This document shows, one piece after another, positions 16,991-34,060 of a stretch of DNA of 64,000 nt (position 1 is the first letter of the stretch; the number at the start of each line of letters is the position of its first letter). The notes beneath the pieces are model-generated. The model had not been told where the DNA came from and made no database searches. It saw only the letters and a list, made by a program, of their open reading frames with translations. The stretch lies in assembly GCF_009914755.1 (NCBI RefSeq), contig NC_060932.1; one strand, 5' to 3'. Source of the stretch: the human T2T-CHM13v2.0 reference genome, Homo sapiens. The position numbers were made by a program, and so were the translations under genes.

Positions 16991-17959
16991 TCAGCCCGTG
17001 CTACCTTCTTGCTTGTGGGGGCCTCTATCCCTCACGAGCTGTCAGTCCTGCTGCCTGCTGCATCCCAGACTTGGGCCATGCAGGCTGCATTGAAGCACTC
17101 AGCCCACACTTGTCAAATATGTGAATGAGAGAGTGAGTGAATGGATATGTTCTTAATGCCCAGCATCATTCACAACACATATTCGATATTAATGTTTGTT
17201 GAATGGCCCAATATGACAAGAGGAGTAAAAGTGTTTCTAGTAAACAGTGTAAGATAATGTTGTTATTTCTAATTAATGACATTCTAGTAGAAAGTGTAAG
17301 ACAGTGTTGCTGTTTCTAATTAATGGTGTGCTCTGATGAATCGATGTCACTGAAATGGGGTCTTTCTTTAAAAATGCAGACATGCTTTACAGCCTGGCTG
17401 CTTCAAAGTTGGGCATTATTAAGAATCTCCAGCTTTAACAGTGAAAGGCCTATTCCACACAGGGAATATACTGATTCATGCAGCCACGTTGCCCAGAGCT
17501 AGCCAGGGCTGGAGGCCCGAATCCACGGAGGCCGGGCCAGGCCACCCCAGCATCAGGCCTCAGGCCTGCCCACCTGCACTGGCTTCATTCAGACCGTCCC
17601 AGGCAATGATGAGATGGCACCAGCTACTCCAGGCTGACCCTCTACCAGCTCAGAGACCACCAAGGCAGCAAGGAAGCCCCTCCTTCCCAGGAGTGACAGC
17701 AGTTTATTCATTCATTCATTTATTCATCCCACAAGTGTCTCTTGAGCTCCTCCATGTGTCAGGCACTGCTCCAGATGCTCCACAATGTCGTGGGCATGGC
17801 AGGCAGTGACAGCTCTCATGCTTCCCATGCTGTCACAGAGGAGGACAGATAATAAGCAGTAAACATGACAGGTGATCAGTAATAAAAAGTGAAGTGTGTA
17901 GCACCCTAAAGGTGTCGAGTGCCGCGAGGGAGAATTCAACAGAATGAGGGGGTCTGTAA

Positions 17960-18698
17960 GGGTGGAAGGCTGGCTCTCAGTTCTGCAGAGGCTGGATAGA
18001 GTGGAGGCTGGGTCTCAGTTCTGCAGAGGCTGGTTAGAGCGGAGGCTGGGTCTGAGTTCTGCAGAGCTTGGTTAGGGTGGAAGCTGGGTCTCAGTTCTGC
18101 AGAGGCTGGTTAGAGTGGAGGCTGGGTCTCAGTTCTCCACAGGCTGGTTAGAGTGGAGGCTGGGTCTCAGTTCTACAGAGGCTGGTTAGAGTGGAGGCTG
18201 GGTCTAAGTTCTGCAGAGCTGGTTAGAGTGGAGGCTGGGTCTCAGTTCTACAGAGGCTGGTTAGAGTGGAGGCTGGGTCTCAGTTCTGTAGAGGCTGGTT
18301 AGAGTGGAGGTTGGGTCTCAGTTCTACAGAGGCTGGTTAGAGTGGAGGCTGGGTCTCAGTTCCATAGAGGCTGGTTAGAATGGAGGCTGGGTCTCAGTTC
18401 TGTAGAGGCTGGTTAGAGTGGAGGCTGGGTCTCAGTTCTACAGAGGCTGGTTAGAGTGGAGGCTGGGTCTCAGTTCTGTAGAGGCTGGTTAGAGTGGAGG
18501 ATGGGTCTCAGTTCCATAGAGGCTGGTTAGAGTGGAGTCTGGGTCTCAGTTCTGCAGAGCTTGGTTAGGGTGGAAGGTGGGTCTCAGTTCTGCAGAGGCT
18601 GGTTAGAGTGGAGGTGGGGTCTCAGTTCTGCAGAGGCTGGTTAGAGTGGAGGCTGGGTCTCAGTTCTGTAGAGGCTGGTTAGAGTGGAGGCTGGGTCT
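17960..18698. repeat. 38-bp minisatellite, ~19 copies
   Basis: Unit ggctggttagagtggaggctgggtctcagttctgcaga with variants. Confidence 0.95.
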
Positions 18699-19439
18699 TC
18701 ATTCTTTTGGGTTGTGCCAGCAAGGCCATGACATCTCCTCCACACTGTGATGGGCTCAGCATCCAGCTCATAGTAGTTGGAACAGTCAGTATTTCTGTCT
18801 CAGGGATTATTTATCTAAGGGACTGGGGCTGAGGAGGGATCTGCAGGCTTCTAAACCTGACCACATCATCCTCCCCATGCGTCCTGCTGGCAGGAGACCA
18901 CCGTTCAATATTTGACCACTTAATATTTGGTGAGATTCCATGCAAATTACTAAACTCAAGTTGCCTCCGTATGAGGGGTTTTCTGAGTCCTGCAGCTCCA
19001 ACCCCCACCTCCCCACATACCCCAGCCACCGCGTCGGCACCTCTCCTCAAGTCAAGCCAGCTGCAGCCACACATTTCCATTCTGATGCCCAAGACACAGC
19101 TGGGACAGAACACATTCTTAAAGACACTTAAGTGAACAGGCACAAAGATGAATGACCCTTCTTCATTTTGTGGACACTGCAGACACTGTTCACATATGGC
19201 CGTTATCGACATGGATTCAGAAATCATTTTCCTGGAAACATTGCTAGGTAACTGCGGGAGAAGGGACCTTGCTATAAATGCACTGGAGTTTGCTGAAAAT
19301 GTAAATACGAATTTTATCTCCTAACACCAGGGAGAGATGTTTCACTAGGGTGTTCATTATGATTTGCAAATGAAATGGACAAAATTCAGATTCTCTAAAC
19401 AGTACCTCAGTGGGGCACCCTATCCCTCCATCCAAATAG

Positions 19440-19600
19440 ATCCATGTTTCTCAAAGTGTGGTCTGGCCCATAGACCACCAGGAATGGAATCACCTAGAAT
19501 GTTTATTTAAAATTTGGATTTGGGGCTGACCTCACCCTTCTAAATTCCATCTCCGGGGATGCGATCCAGGAATCAACATTACATGCAAGCACTCAGGAGA
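19440..19600. mobile_element. MER5-like hAT DNA transposon remnant
   Basis: tttctcaaagtgtggtc...ggaatcacctagaatg...ccaggaatc motifs. Confidence 0.55.
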
Positions 19601-19780
19601 TCGTGATACAGGAATCTATATTACATGCAAGCACACAGGAGACCGTGATCCAGGAATCTATATTACATGCAAGCACTCAGGAGTCCATGATCCTGGAATC
19701 TATATTACATACTAGCATGCGGAAGACCGTGATCCAGGAATCTACATTACATGCAAGCACGCAGGAGACTGTGATCCAGA
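19561..19780. repeat. 42-bp minisatellite, ~5 copies
   Basis: Unit gtgatccaggaatctatattacatgcaagcacacaggagacc. Confidence 0.92.
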
Positions 19781-21334
19781 TTGGGATTTGCAAAACCATC
19801 CAATGAATGTCTTCTTGTTGCTCCGACACCAGCCTTTAAATGTAAAGTGACAACAGTCAAAAATATTTATAAAGAAAAAAGCAATGTACTTGTTAAAAAA
19901 AAAACTCAAACATAAATGGCTTAGATGTAAATAATAATGAAGATACCACAGGCAGAATCATAGCTTCTCTGTGATAGGCCAGCCGTTAGAATCGCTGAGC
20001 TTAGCATCTACCAGGAGCTGCTGCAGAAAAGGTCTGATGTTTTGTGTCGTGTGTGGAGTACTTGTGGTGTAACAGGATAAAGATAGTGCAGTCGCTTTGT
20101 TGTTAGAAGCAACAGCACCAGAAGCCAGGCGGGGCACACCACCCTGCAGCCAACCTCGGTGCCATCGGCTCACCTGACCTCATCGGCCCCTGAGGATGCA
20201 GGCCAGGCACCATCATTGCTTCCACTGCCGAAAGAGGAAACAGTGGGTGAGCAACATCCGTGACTTACCCAGGTTCATACGGTGAGGATGCACAGAACCG
20301 AATGCAAGCCCCAGATCCGGACCTCCTGACCTCCACTCCTGTGTTCTGGACACAGCTCCCTACTACTCAGGGGAGTGGACCAATTTGAGCCGAAGATGGT
20401 TACCTACTTGATTCGCACTTCCGTCGCCACACAAGTGATACAGCAGGGCTCTCAGAGTGCGTGCCTCTGAGATGCTTGAGAAGCAAAGTGGTCTCCATAT
20501 TCCCCTGACGTCTTCTGTTCGTGACTTGAAGGAAGCAGATGATCACAAGAGTCTCTGGTGAATGCGTGAATCCAGGGCTCTAGTGAGTGCGGCCTGTCCT
20601 TTGTGCATGAGCTTTAGAAACGTGCTACATTCTTGTGGGCCTAAGTGCCTCTTTAGGATGAAATCTTTTCAATTAGCAATCAAAGACTTTTATACCCTCC
20701 CCCTTTCCATGGTTGTCCCCTCCAGCAAATCTGTGATCCCGCTGATGTTACCTTCCCTGTTATAAGGAAGAAAACAGAGAATGCAGCGTTTGCTAACTGT
20801 CCGAGCCCACAGCGTCCATGATGGGGTGAGAACCGAAGCCAGCAGCTCCCCACTCTGGAAGTAAACTGTTGACTCATTTCCGTGTTTGTCTGAATTATTA
20901 GTTTATCATATAGTTGTAATAATCCATGGCAAATGTTTAAAATATGCCACAAAAGCAACACATGCCAAATTTGGAATCAGAAGGTCTTCAGGCTCAAATC
21001 TCAGCTCGAGCTCGTGCTGTAGAACGTGTCACCTCTGAGTGAAGACTTTCTCTTCTTGTTAAAGCAAGGTTAATTATAATACCTTCCGCAGAGAATCATA
21101 ACCAGCACCAAATCAGAGGCGAAGAATGAAAGTATTTGTGGAAAATGAATTATCGTTAACTCTGCTGCCCCAGAGCTCCCTCACTGTCCTTCCTTGAGGC
21201 CCAAGAGAAAAGACGAACTGAAGGTACCAGTGGGTTTTTTTTGAAAATTTGCTTCAAGTCTACATTCTGAACGTACGGTTCATTTCAACTTTCAGATGAC
21301 ATAAAGCTAAATAGAGTGCTCTTCGTATCTTATT

Positions 21335-22205
<871 letters not shown>

Positions 22206-22666
22206 GTACTACATATAATATTAAATAACATAAATTAGTTGCATATGTAACATTATATTATTGTATTGTTTTCATATACATATGTTTATATAAAAATTAT
22301 CCATCATTTTTTAAAATCTGACTTATATTCTTTAATCTCTAAAGATTTACAGAGACACAGTTTTATAGCAAGAGCAGATTTTTCATCTATCTTAAAATGT
22401 GTATGTTCATCAGTATGGATATACTGACACCCATATCCTGGAGGACAAATGATTGGAGGATTTCCATAATGCTCATCACATCTGTTCTGACGTTTAAGTC
22501 ACTGTCCTTTCTCAAAGGGAATCTAATTTATACTCCTTAGCACAATATTGCTATCTTTTCTTAGAAATACATTTCGCAGTTGAAATATAAAGCAATTTGA
22601 GGAAAATAAGATTTTTAGAAAGACATCGGGCCTGTGTAAATATATCCTTTAGAAAATTGACTTCAG

Positions 22667-23521
22667 AGCGTGAGCGACGCAGAAGACGGGTGATTTCTGC
22701 ATTTCCATCTGAGGTACCGGGTTCATCTCACTAGGGAGTGCCAGACAGTGGGCGCAGGCCAGTGGGTGCGCGCACCGGGCGCGAGCCGAAGCAGGGCGAG
22801 GCATTGCCTCACCTGGGAAGCGCAAGGGGTCAGGGAGTTCCCTTTCTGAGTCAAAGAAAGGGGTGACGGACGCACCTGGAAAATCGGGTCACTCCCACCC
22901 GAATATTGCGCTTTTCAGACCGGCTTAAAAAACGGCGCACCACGAGACTATATCCCACACCTGGCTCGGAGGGTCCTACGCCCACGGAATCTCGCTGATT
23001 GCTAGCACAGCAGTCTGAGATCAAACTGCAAGGCGGCAGCGAGGCTGGGGGAGGGGCGCCCGCCATTGCCCAGGCTTGCTTAGGTAAACAAAGCAGCCGG
23101 GAAGCTCGAACTGGGTGGAGCCCACCACAGCTCAAGGAGGCCTGCCTGCCTCTGTAGGCTCCACCTCTGGGGGCAGGGCACAGACAAACAAAAAGACAGC
23201 AGTAACCTCTGCAGACTTAAATGTCCCTGTCTGACAGCTTTGAAGAGAGCAGTGGTTCTCCCAGCACGCAGCTGGAGATCTGAGAACGGGCGGACTGCCT
23301 CCTCAAGTGGGTCCCTGACCCCTGACCCCCGAGCAGCCTAACTGGGAGGCACCCCCCAGCAGGGGCACACTGACACCTCACACGGCAGGGTATTCCAACA
23401 GACCTGCAGCTGAGGGTGCTGTCTGTTAGAAGGAAAACTAACAAACAGAAAGGACATCCACACCGAAAACCCATCTGTACATCACCATCATCAAAGACCA
23501 AAAGTAGATAAAACCACAAAG
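22667..23521. promoter_or_regulatory. L1 5' UTR: internal sense promoter and antisense promoter, CpG-rich, YY1 site absent
   Basis: Starts at agcgtgagcgacgc (about nt 52 of consensus); no caagatggccg motif. Confidence 0.85.
22851..23066 (-). CDS. ORF0: LINE-1 ORF0 (71 aa antisense ORF)
   Basis: MAGAPPPASLPPCSLISDCCASNQRDSVGVG...VRHPFL; ATG at 23066. Confidence 0.9.
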   Translation of the reverse strand: MAGAPPPASLPPCSLISDCCASNQRDSVGVGPSEPGVGYSLVVRRFLSRSEKRNIRVGVTRFSRCVRHPFL

Positions 23522-24538
23522 ATGGGGAAAAAACAGAACAGAAAAACTGGAAACTCTAAAACGCAGAGCGCCTCTCCTCCTCCAAAGGAACGCAGTTCCT
23601 CACCAGCAACGGAACAAAGCTGGATGGAGAATGACTTTGACGAGCTGAGAGAAGAAGGCTTCAGACGATCAAATTACTCTGAGCTACGGGAGGACATTCA
23701 AACCAAAGGCAAAGAAGTGGAAAACTTTGAAAAAAATTTAGAAGAATGTATAACTAGAATAACCAATACAGAGAAGTGCTTAAAGGAGCTGATGGAGCTG
23801 AAAACCAAGGCTCGAGAACTACGTGAAGAATGCAGAAGCCTCAGGAGCCGATGCGATCAACTGGAAGAAAGGGTATCAGCAGTGGAAGATGAAATGAATG
23901 AAATGAAGCGAGAAGGGAAGGTTAGAGAAAAAAGAATAAAAAGAAATGAGCAAAGCCTCCAAGAAATATGGGACTATGTGAAAAGACCAAATCTACGTCT
24001 GATTGGTGTACCTGAAAGTGATGGGGCAAATGGAACCAAGTTGGAAAACACTCTACAGGATATTATCCAGGAGAACTTCCCCAATCTAGCAAGGCAGGCC
24101 AACATTCAGATTCAGGAAATACAGAGAACGCCACAAAGATACTCCTCGAGAAGAGCAACTCTAAGACACATAATTGTCAGATTCACCAAAGTGGAAATGA
24201 AGGAAAAAATGTTAAGGGCAGCCAGAGAGAAAGGTCGGGTTACCCTCAAAGGGAAGCCCATCAGACTAACAGCGGATCTCTCGGCAGAAACCCTACAAGC
24301 CAGAAGAGAGTGGGGGCCAATATTCAACATTCTTGAAGAAAAGAATTTTCAACCCAGAATTTCATATCCAGCCAAACTAAGCTTCCTAAGTGAAGGAGAA
24401 ATAAAATACTTTACAGACAAGCAAATGCTGAGAGATTTTGTCACCACCAGGCCTGCCCTAAAAGAGCTCCTGAAGGAAGCGCTAAACATGGAAAGGAACG
24501 ACCGGTACCAGCTGCTGCAAAATCATGCCAAAATGTAA
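23522..24538 (+). CDS. ORF1: LINE-1 ORF1p RNA-binding chaperone (338 aa)
   Basis: MGKKQNRK start, coiled coil, REKG, ARR and YPAKLS motifs. Confidence 0.97.
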   Translation: MGKKQNRKTGNSKTQSASPPPKERSSSPATEQSWMENDFDELREEGFRRSNYSELREDIQTKGKEVENFEKNLEECITRITNTEKCLKELMELKTKARELREECRSLRSRCDQLEERVSAVEDEMNEMKREGKVREKRIKRNEQSLQEIWDYVKRPNLRLIGVPESDGANGTKLENTLQDIIQENFPNLARQANIQIQEIQRTPQRYSSRRATLRHIIVRFTKVEMKEKMLRAAREKGRVTLKGKPIRLTADLSAETLQARREWGPIFNILEEKNFQPRISYPAKLSFLSEGEIKYFTDKQMLRDFVTTRPALKELLKEALNMERNDRYQLLQNHAKM

Positions 24539-24574
24539 AGACCATCGAGACTAGGAAGAAACTGCATCAACTAA

Positions 24575-28426
<3,852 letters not shown>

Positions 28427-30566
28427 ACAATTAGAACACGTGGACACAGGAAGGGGAACATCACACTCTGGGGACTGTGGTGGGGTGGGGGGAGCGGGGA
28501 GGGATAGAATTGGGAGATATACCTAAGGCTAGATGACGAGTTAGTGGGTGCAGCGCACCAGCATGGCACATGTATACATATGTAACTAACCTGCACAATG
28601 TGCACATGTACCCTAAAACTTAAAGTATAATAAAAAAAAAAAAAGAAAAGAAAAGAAAATTGACTTCAACTGAAATTTATGCACTGCGCACCCAGCTCCA
28701 TGAGGACAAGGGCGATGCCTTCATAAATGATGCCCAGAAAGTATTTGATAGATGAGTAACTCATTTTCTAAATTAACATATTTTGGGAGAGTAGTTTAAC
28801 AGCAGCAGTAAAGCCCTTTTTCGAGAACCTGTTCTGTACTGCTTCGGACAGATGTAGGTCTCCATTCTGAATTCATGTCCACCCTGCATGTTCAGTTCAC
28901 TCACACTGGCCTCCTCTGTATTCTTTTTGGAAAAATCATAGAGAAAGATTAGCAAATTGAATTTTTTAAAAATAAGCCTCAAAAATGTTGAATGCCAAAG
29001 GACTAAATTGCTACCTTCCATTCTAGCTCTATCAACTATTCCCGGTACAAATATGAACAGTAAGGCCAGGCTTTGCAATGCGTGACCTGACAGGTCTCAG
29101 ACTCGGCGGGGTTTTCAGCGAAAATGGGCCTCAGGAGGCCTTTGGAAGAGCCAGGTGGGGGAGGCTGGTTCACTGCAAGTGTATGCCCTGGCTTCAGCGG
29201 TGACTGAGCCCTCGTAGCCCAGGGGACATGGTGGATCATCACATACTTCTCATGGGATCCTTCACAAACCCCACCAGCACCTTCAGCAGATGGAGAAATC
29301 AACTCTTCACAGGCAGAAAAAAAACGGATGGCACAGACCTGGGGTCTCCTGAGCATTTGCAGTCAGGCAAGAGAACAGCCGTGGGGCCTCTGCAGCCAGA
29401 GGGTGAATCTCACCTCAGAACTGACTCAGTGAACACGGAATTACCAGCCACATTGGCAGAGACCTCACAGTCAGTGCTGCTGGTACCACAGGCAGGACAA
29501 GGGGTGCCGAGGTTGGAATATGACCACAGACACCCGGCGGACTGGAGGTGGCCTCTGCCGCAGCTGCCATTGACGGCTTGGACCCCGCTTTGTGTTGCCA
29601 GCATCACCTCCAGGTGTGCAGAAAACATGACTTACCGGACGACCTTGTGCCCACACGAGCTCCGGGGACTCTGGGAAAGGAGACCTCCCAGGCGGAGCCC
29701 CCTGTGGCACAGCCTCTGCCTCTGCAGTGCTGGGCTCCCCAAACCAACAACTACAGCAGCAGAACTGATATGCAGGTTGGCCAAGCCAAGGACAGTTGCT
29801 CACCCTGGCGACACGATTTTTTAAAATGTAATAATGGGGAGTTCTGGCTCTGGGATAATAACTTATATTGAAGAAACACTCATACAGATGACAGCCATGA
29901 ACTGTGGAGCCCACACACACATGCATTGCACGTGCACACACGTGCACACGCACACACACACACGCATGCCCTCCTGTTTGAAAGCAGAGTTGGGCAGGAA
30001 GTAGAGACTATTCACATTTTAAAGGAAAGGCGCCGCGCTCACTCGCGGCTGCCCATGGTCCTGTGAGTTCCCTCTGAGCACCCTCGCTACCTGCTGCAGG
30101 AGGGCGGTAGGAACTGAAGCAGACAGCTGCAGTCTCCTTGGATGTGTCTGTTACAGGATGGAATTTGGGGTTGCCAGAAGAGGTGGGGGTCAGAACAGAA
30201 GGGATGGAGCCATGGAGGGAGACCCCAAAGTCTATTAACATTTGCGGACCCCTGAAAAAGTTTAGTTTCCAGCTGCTGACCACCGATGGTGAAGATCAGT
30301 CTGGAGGCTGAACCCCACCAAGTGCACAGGCCAGGTAAACCATCTGCAGCCTCCCCAGGCCCACCCCAGCAACGCACGAGCCAAACACCCAAAGCTAAGG
30401 AGGATCGGCCACAACCAAAATTAGCACACATTGGAGGAGGGAGCAGGTGCCGGGGTCTCTGCCAGTCGTGTCCTTTATGCCGAAAAGAGGCTGAAGTTGT
30501 AGCAACATGAAACCCACCTGCAAGGAAAAAACTGATGTGCTCAAAACGAAGCCTGAGAAGACCCCG

Positions 30567-31075
30567 ATGGTAGAACTCACCAGAAAGATCTTTAAACAGC
30601 CATTGTAAGGTCTTATGAATGATATAAAAATGTTAGAACTCACCGGAAAGATCTTTAAAGCAGCCATTGTAAGGTCTTATGAATGATACAAAAATGTTAG
30701 AATTCACCGGAAAGATCTTTAAACAGCCATTGTAGTCTTATGAATGATATAAAAATGTTAGAACTCACCGGAAAGATCTTTAAACAGCCATTGTAAGGTC
30801 TTATGAATGATATAAAAATGTTAGAACTCACCGGAAAGATCTTTAAAGCAGCCATTGTAAGGTCTTATGAATGACATAAAAATATTAGAATTCACCAGAA
30901 AGATCTTTAAAGCAGCCATTGTAAGGTCTTATGAATGATATAAAAATGTTAGAACTCACCAGAAAGATCTTTAAACAGCCATTGTAAGGTCTTATGAATG
31001 ATATAAAAATGTTAGAACTCACCACAAAGATCTTTAAAGCAGCCGTTGTAAGGTCTTATGAATGATATAAAAATG
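30567..31075. repeat. 63-64-bp AT-rich minisatellite, ~8 copies
   Basis: Unit atgttagaactcaccggaaagatctttaaa(g)cagccattgtaaggtcttatgaatgatataaaa. Confidence 0.95.
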
Positions 31076-31824
31076 TCTGTTACAAGGTTAAAGATGTTAA
31101 AGGAGAAGAAGGTCTTAATGCCTGACTAGATGGAGAAATGAAATCCATGAGAAAGAGACAAATTGAATTTTCAAGAACAGAAAACCACAATATCTGAAAT
31201 GAAAAATTTATGGGATGTGTTTAAGAGCGAATTGAGAGAGCAGGAAAAAAGCTTAGTAATTTGAAAATGAAACAGTAGATATTCTCAAATATGAAAAAGT
31301 AGAGGTAAGATATTAAAAAAAAGAATAGAGCCTCAGTAATATGTGTAGTAAGAAGAAGTGAAGGGACACACATATAATTAGAGAACCAGGGAGAAAACTG
31401 AGAGAATTTGGCAGAAGGTTTTGAAGAAAAAATGGCCAAATATTTTACAAATTTGGTTTGAAAGAATCCACAGACCCAAAATGCTCAGTGAACTCTAAGA
31501 AGATAAATAGAAAAAAATCATACCTAGCCACAAAATAGTTAAACTGTGGAAAACCAGAGAGAGACAAGTCTGTAAAGCAACCAAGGAAGGGGTCAAACAG
31601 AAACCAGAGGAATAATTAGAAAATTATGACTGCCTTATTGTCAGAAGCAATGGGAGCCAGAAGACAATGGAATCATACCTTTAAAGTGATCAAAAACATC
31701 TATTGATTCAGAATACTATACCCAGCAAAAATATCTTTTAAAAAATGAGAGCAAAATAAAGACTTTTCAAACAGAAGCTAAGGAATCTATTTTTAACTTA
31801 AATACATGTATCCACATGTGGCTA

Positions 31825-32815
31825 CTTTTTTATCTTTCATTTAGTTTCAGGGGTACATGCACAGATTTGTGATTTAGGTAAACTCACGTCATGTGGGTTT
31901 GGTGTACAGATTATTTCGTCATCCAGGTAATAAGCATTGCACCTAATAGGTATTTTTTTCTGATCCTCTCCCTCCTTCTAACCTCCAGGAGGCCCCAGTA
32001 TGTGTAGTTTTCCTCTCTGTGTCCATGTGTTCTCATCACTTAGCTCCCACTTATAAGGGAGAACATGCAGTATTTGGTTTTCTGTCCCTGTGTTAGTTTG
32101 CTAAGGATAATGGCCTCCAGCTCCATCCATGTTGCTGCAAAGGACATGATCTCATTCTTTTTTATGGCTGCATAGTATTCCACGGTGTACATGCACCACA
32201 TTTTCTTTATCTGTCTACCATTGATGGGCATTTAGGTTGATTCCATGTTTTTGCTATAGTGAATAGTGCTGCAATGAATGTGCATGTGTTTTAATGGTAG
32301 AATGAGTTCTCTTCCTTTGTGTGTATACACAATAATGGGATTGCTGGGTCAGATGGTAGTTCTGTTTTTAGTTCTTTGAGGATTTGCCACTCTGCTTTCC
32401 CCAATGGTTGAACTAATTTATGCTCCCACCAGCAGTGTATGAGCATTCCCTTTTCTTCACAGCCTCACAGCATCTGTTGTTTGTCCACTTTTTAGTAATA
32501 GCCATTCTGATGGGTGTGAGATACTATCTTATTGGGGTTTTGATTTGCATTTCTTTAATGATCCATGATGTTGAGCATTTTTTCATGTGCTTGTTGGCCA
32601 CATGTATGTCTTCGTTTGAAAAGTGTCTGTTCATGTTCTTTGCCCACATTGTTTTTTGCTTGCAAATTTGTTTAAGTTCCTTATAGATGCTGGGTATTAG
32701 ACCTTTGTTGGATGCATAGTTTGGAAATATTTTCTCCCATTTTGTACGTTTTCTGTTTACTCTGTCGATAGTTTCTTTTGCTGTGCAGAAGCTCTTAAGT
32801 TTAATTAGATCCCAT
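31825..32815 (-). mobile_element. 5' truncated older L1PA (about L1PA13-15) 3' end
   Basis: ORF2 C-terminus remnant (EYYAAIKKNEIMSFAATWMELEAIILS) and 3' UTR. Confidence 0.85.
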
Positions 32816-33784
32816 TATCTACCATAATGGACAGCGCACCTCTAGAGCAACCACTCAAATATTAACGCTATGCATTACAGCCAATACGAGCTAAAGCTCA
32901 ATGTTAAAAATATTTGATTAACCCAAAAGAAAGCAAAAAGAAATCAGAGGAACAAGTATATGAATAGGACATATGGAAAACAACAGTAAAATGGTAGGCT
33001 TCAACCCAGTCATAATAATACGTGTACTAAAGTAAGTGGAATAAGTAAGTAAAAGGCTACAGTTCTAACCCTGGGGAAAAAATGTCAACATTAAGGGTGC
33101 AACATTTAACTCCCTCCGTAAGATGAGATAAAACACGAGGATGCCGACTCTCAGCTCCTCTACTTAACATTCTAATGGAGGTCCTCGCCAGACACAGAAG
33201 GCAAACAAGAAGAGAAAAAGCACGAAATTTAAAAGGAAGGAGCTCCTTCCATGTTTAGGTTCCAGGTTTATTCTTATATCACATGATTGTTTACATAGAA
33301 AACCTAAGGAAACTACAAATCAAATCCTGGAACAGATCATGCCATTCATCAAGGCTAGGACATGAATGAAATAGGTAGAAATCAATTGCATTTCTGTAGA
33401 CCCATAATGAATAATTGGAAAATGCAGTTAGTTTTAAACATCTCAACAGCATTGTAGAATTGTGGTGCTCTAAGATAGACCATCTAAATAAATCGAGAGC
33501 TAGACTGTGATGCATTGGAAGTCTCAGTAATGTGAAGATGTGAAATCTCCCCAGACTGAGGTATGGATTCAGTGCAACCTCAGTAGAATCAATGTCATTC
33601 AAAGCAACCTCAGTTTTTAGAGAAACTGACAAGAAGATTCTAAAATGTGTGAAAATGTGAAGAACCTAGAAGTGCCAAGACAGTCTTGATAAAAAAGAAC
33701 ACAGTTGGAGGACTCACGCTATCTGATTTCAAGACTTGCGTTAAATCTAATCGGGACAGTGTGATATTCATATAAGAATAGAAA

Positions 33785-34060
33785 AGGGTCTCTCAGCCTC
33801 AGCACTCTTGATATTTGGGGCCAGACAATTGTCTCTCATTGGGGGGATCTCCGTGCACCTTCAGCATTCTTGATATTTGGGGCCAGACGATTCTCTCTTG
33901 TTGGGGGCCCTCTGTGCACTGTAGGATCTTTTCATGGCATCTCTGGCACCTGTCCAGTAGACACGAGTAGCACCCTCCTCTAAATTGTGGCAAACTCAAA
34001 ATATCTCCATACATCACCAGATGTCCCTTGAGGGCCTAATCGCCCCAGATTAAGAACTAC
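33785..34060. mobile_element. MER20 DNA transposon with a short internal duplication
   Basis: tctcagcctcagcactcttgatatttggggccaga...aaatatctcc...atgtccct motifs. Confidence 0.7.

Noticed and set aside
17960-18698. GGTTAG/TTAGGG telomere-like words in the 38-bp repeat
   Set aside because: One isolated hexamer per unit, mostly TTAGAG; not an interstitial telomere tract.
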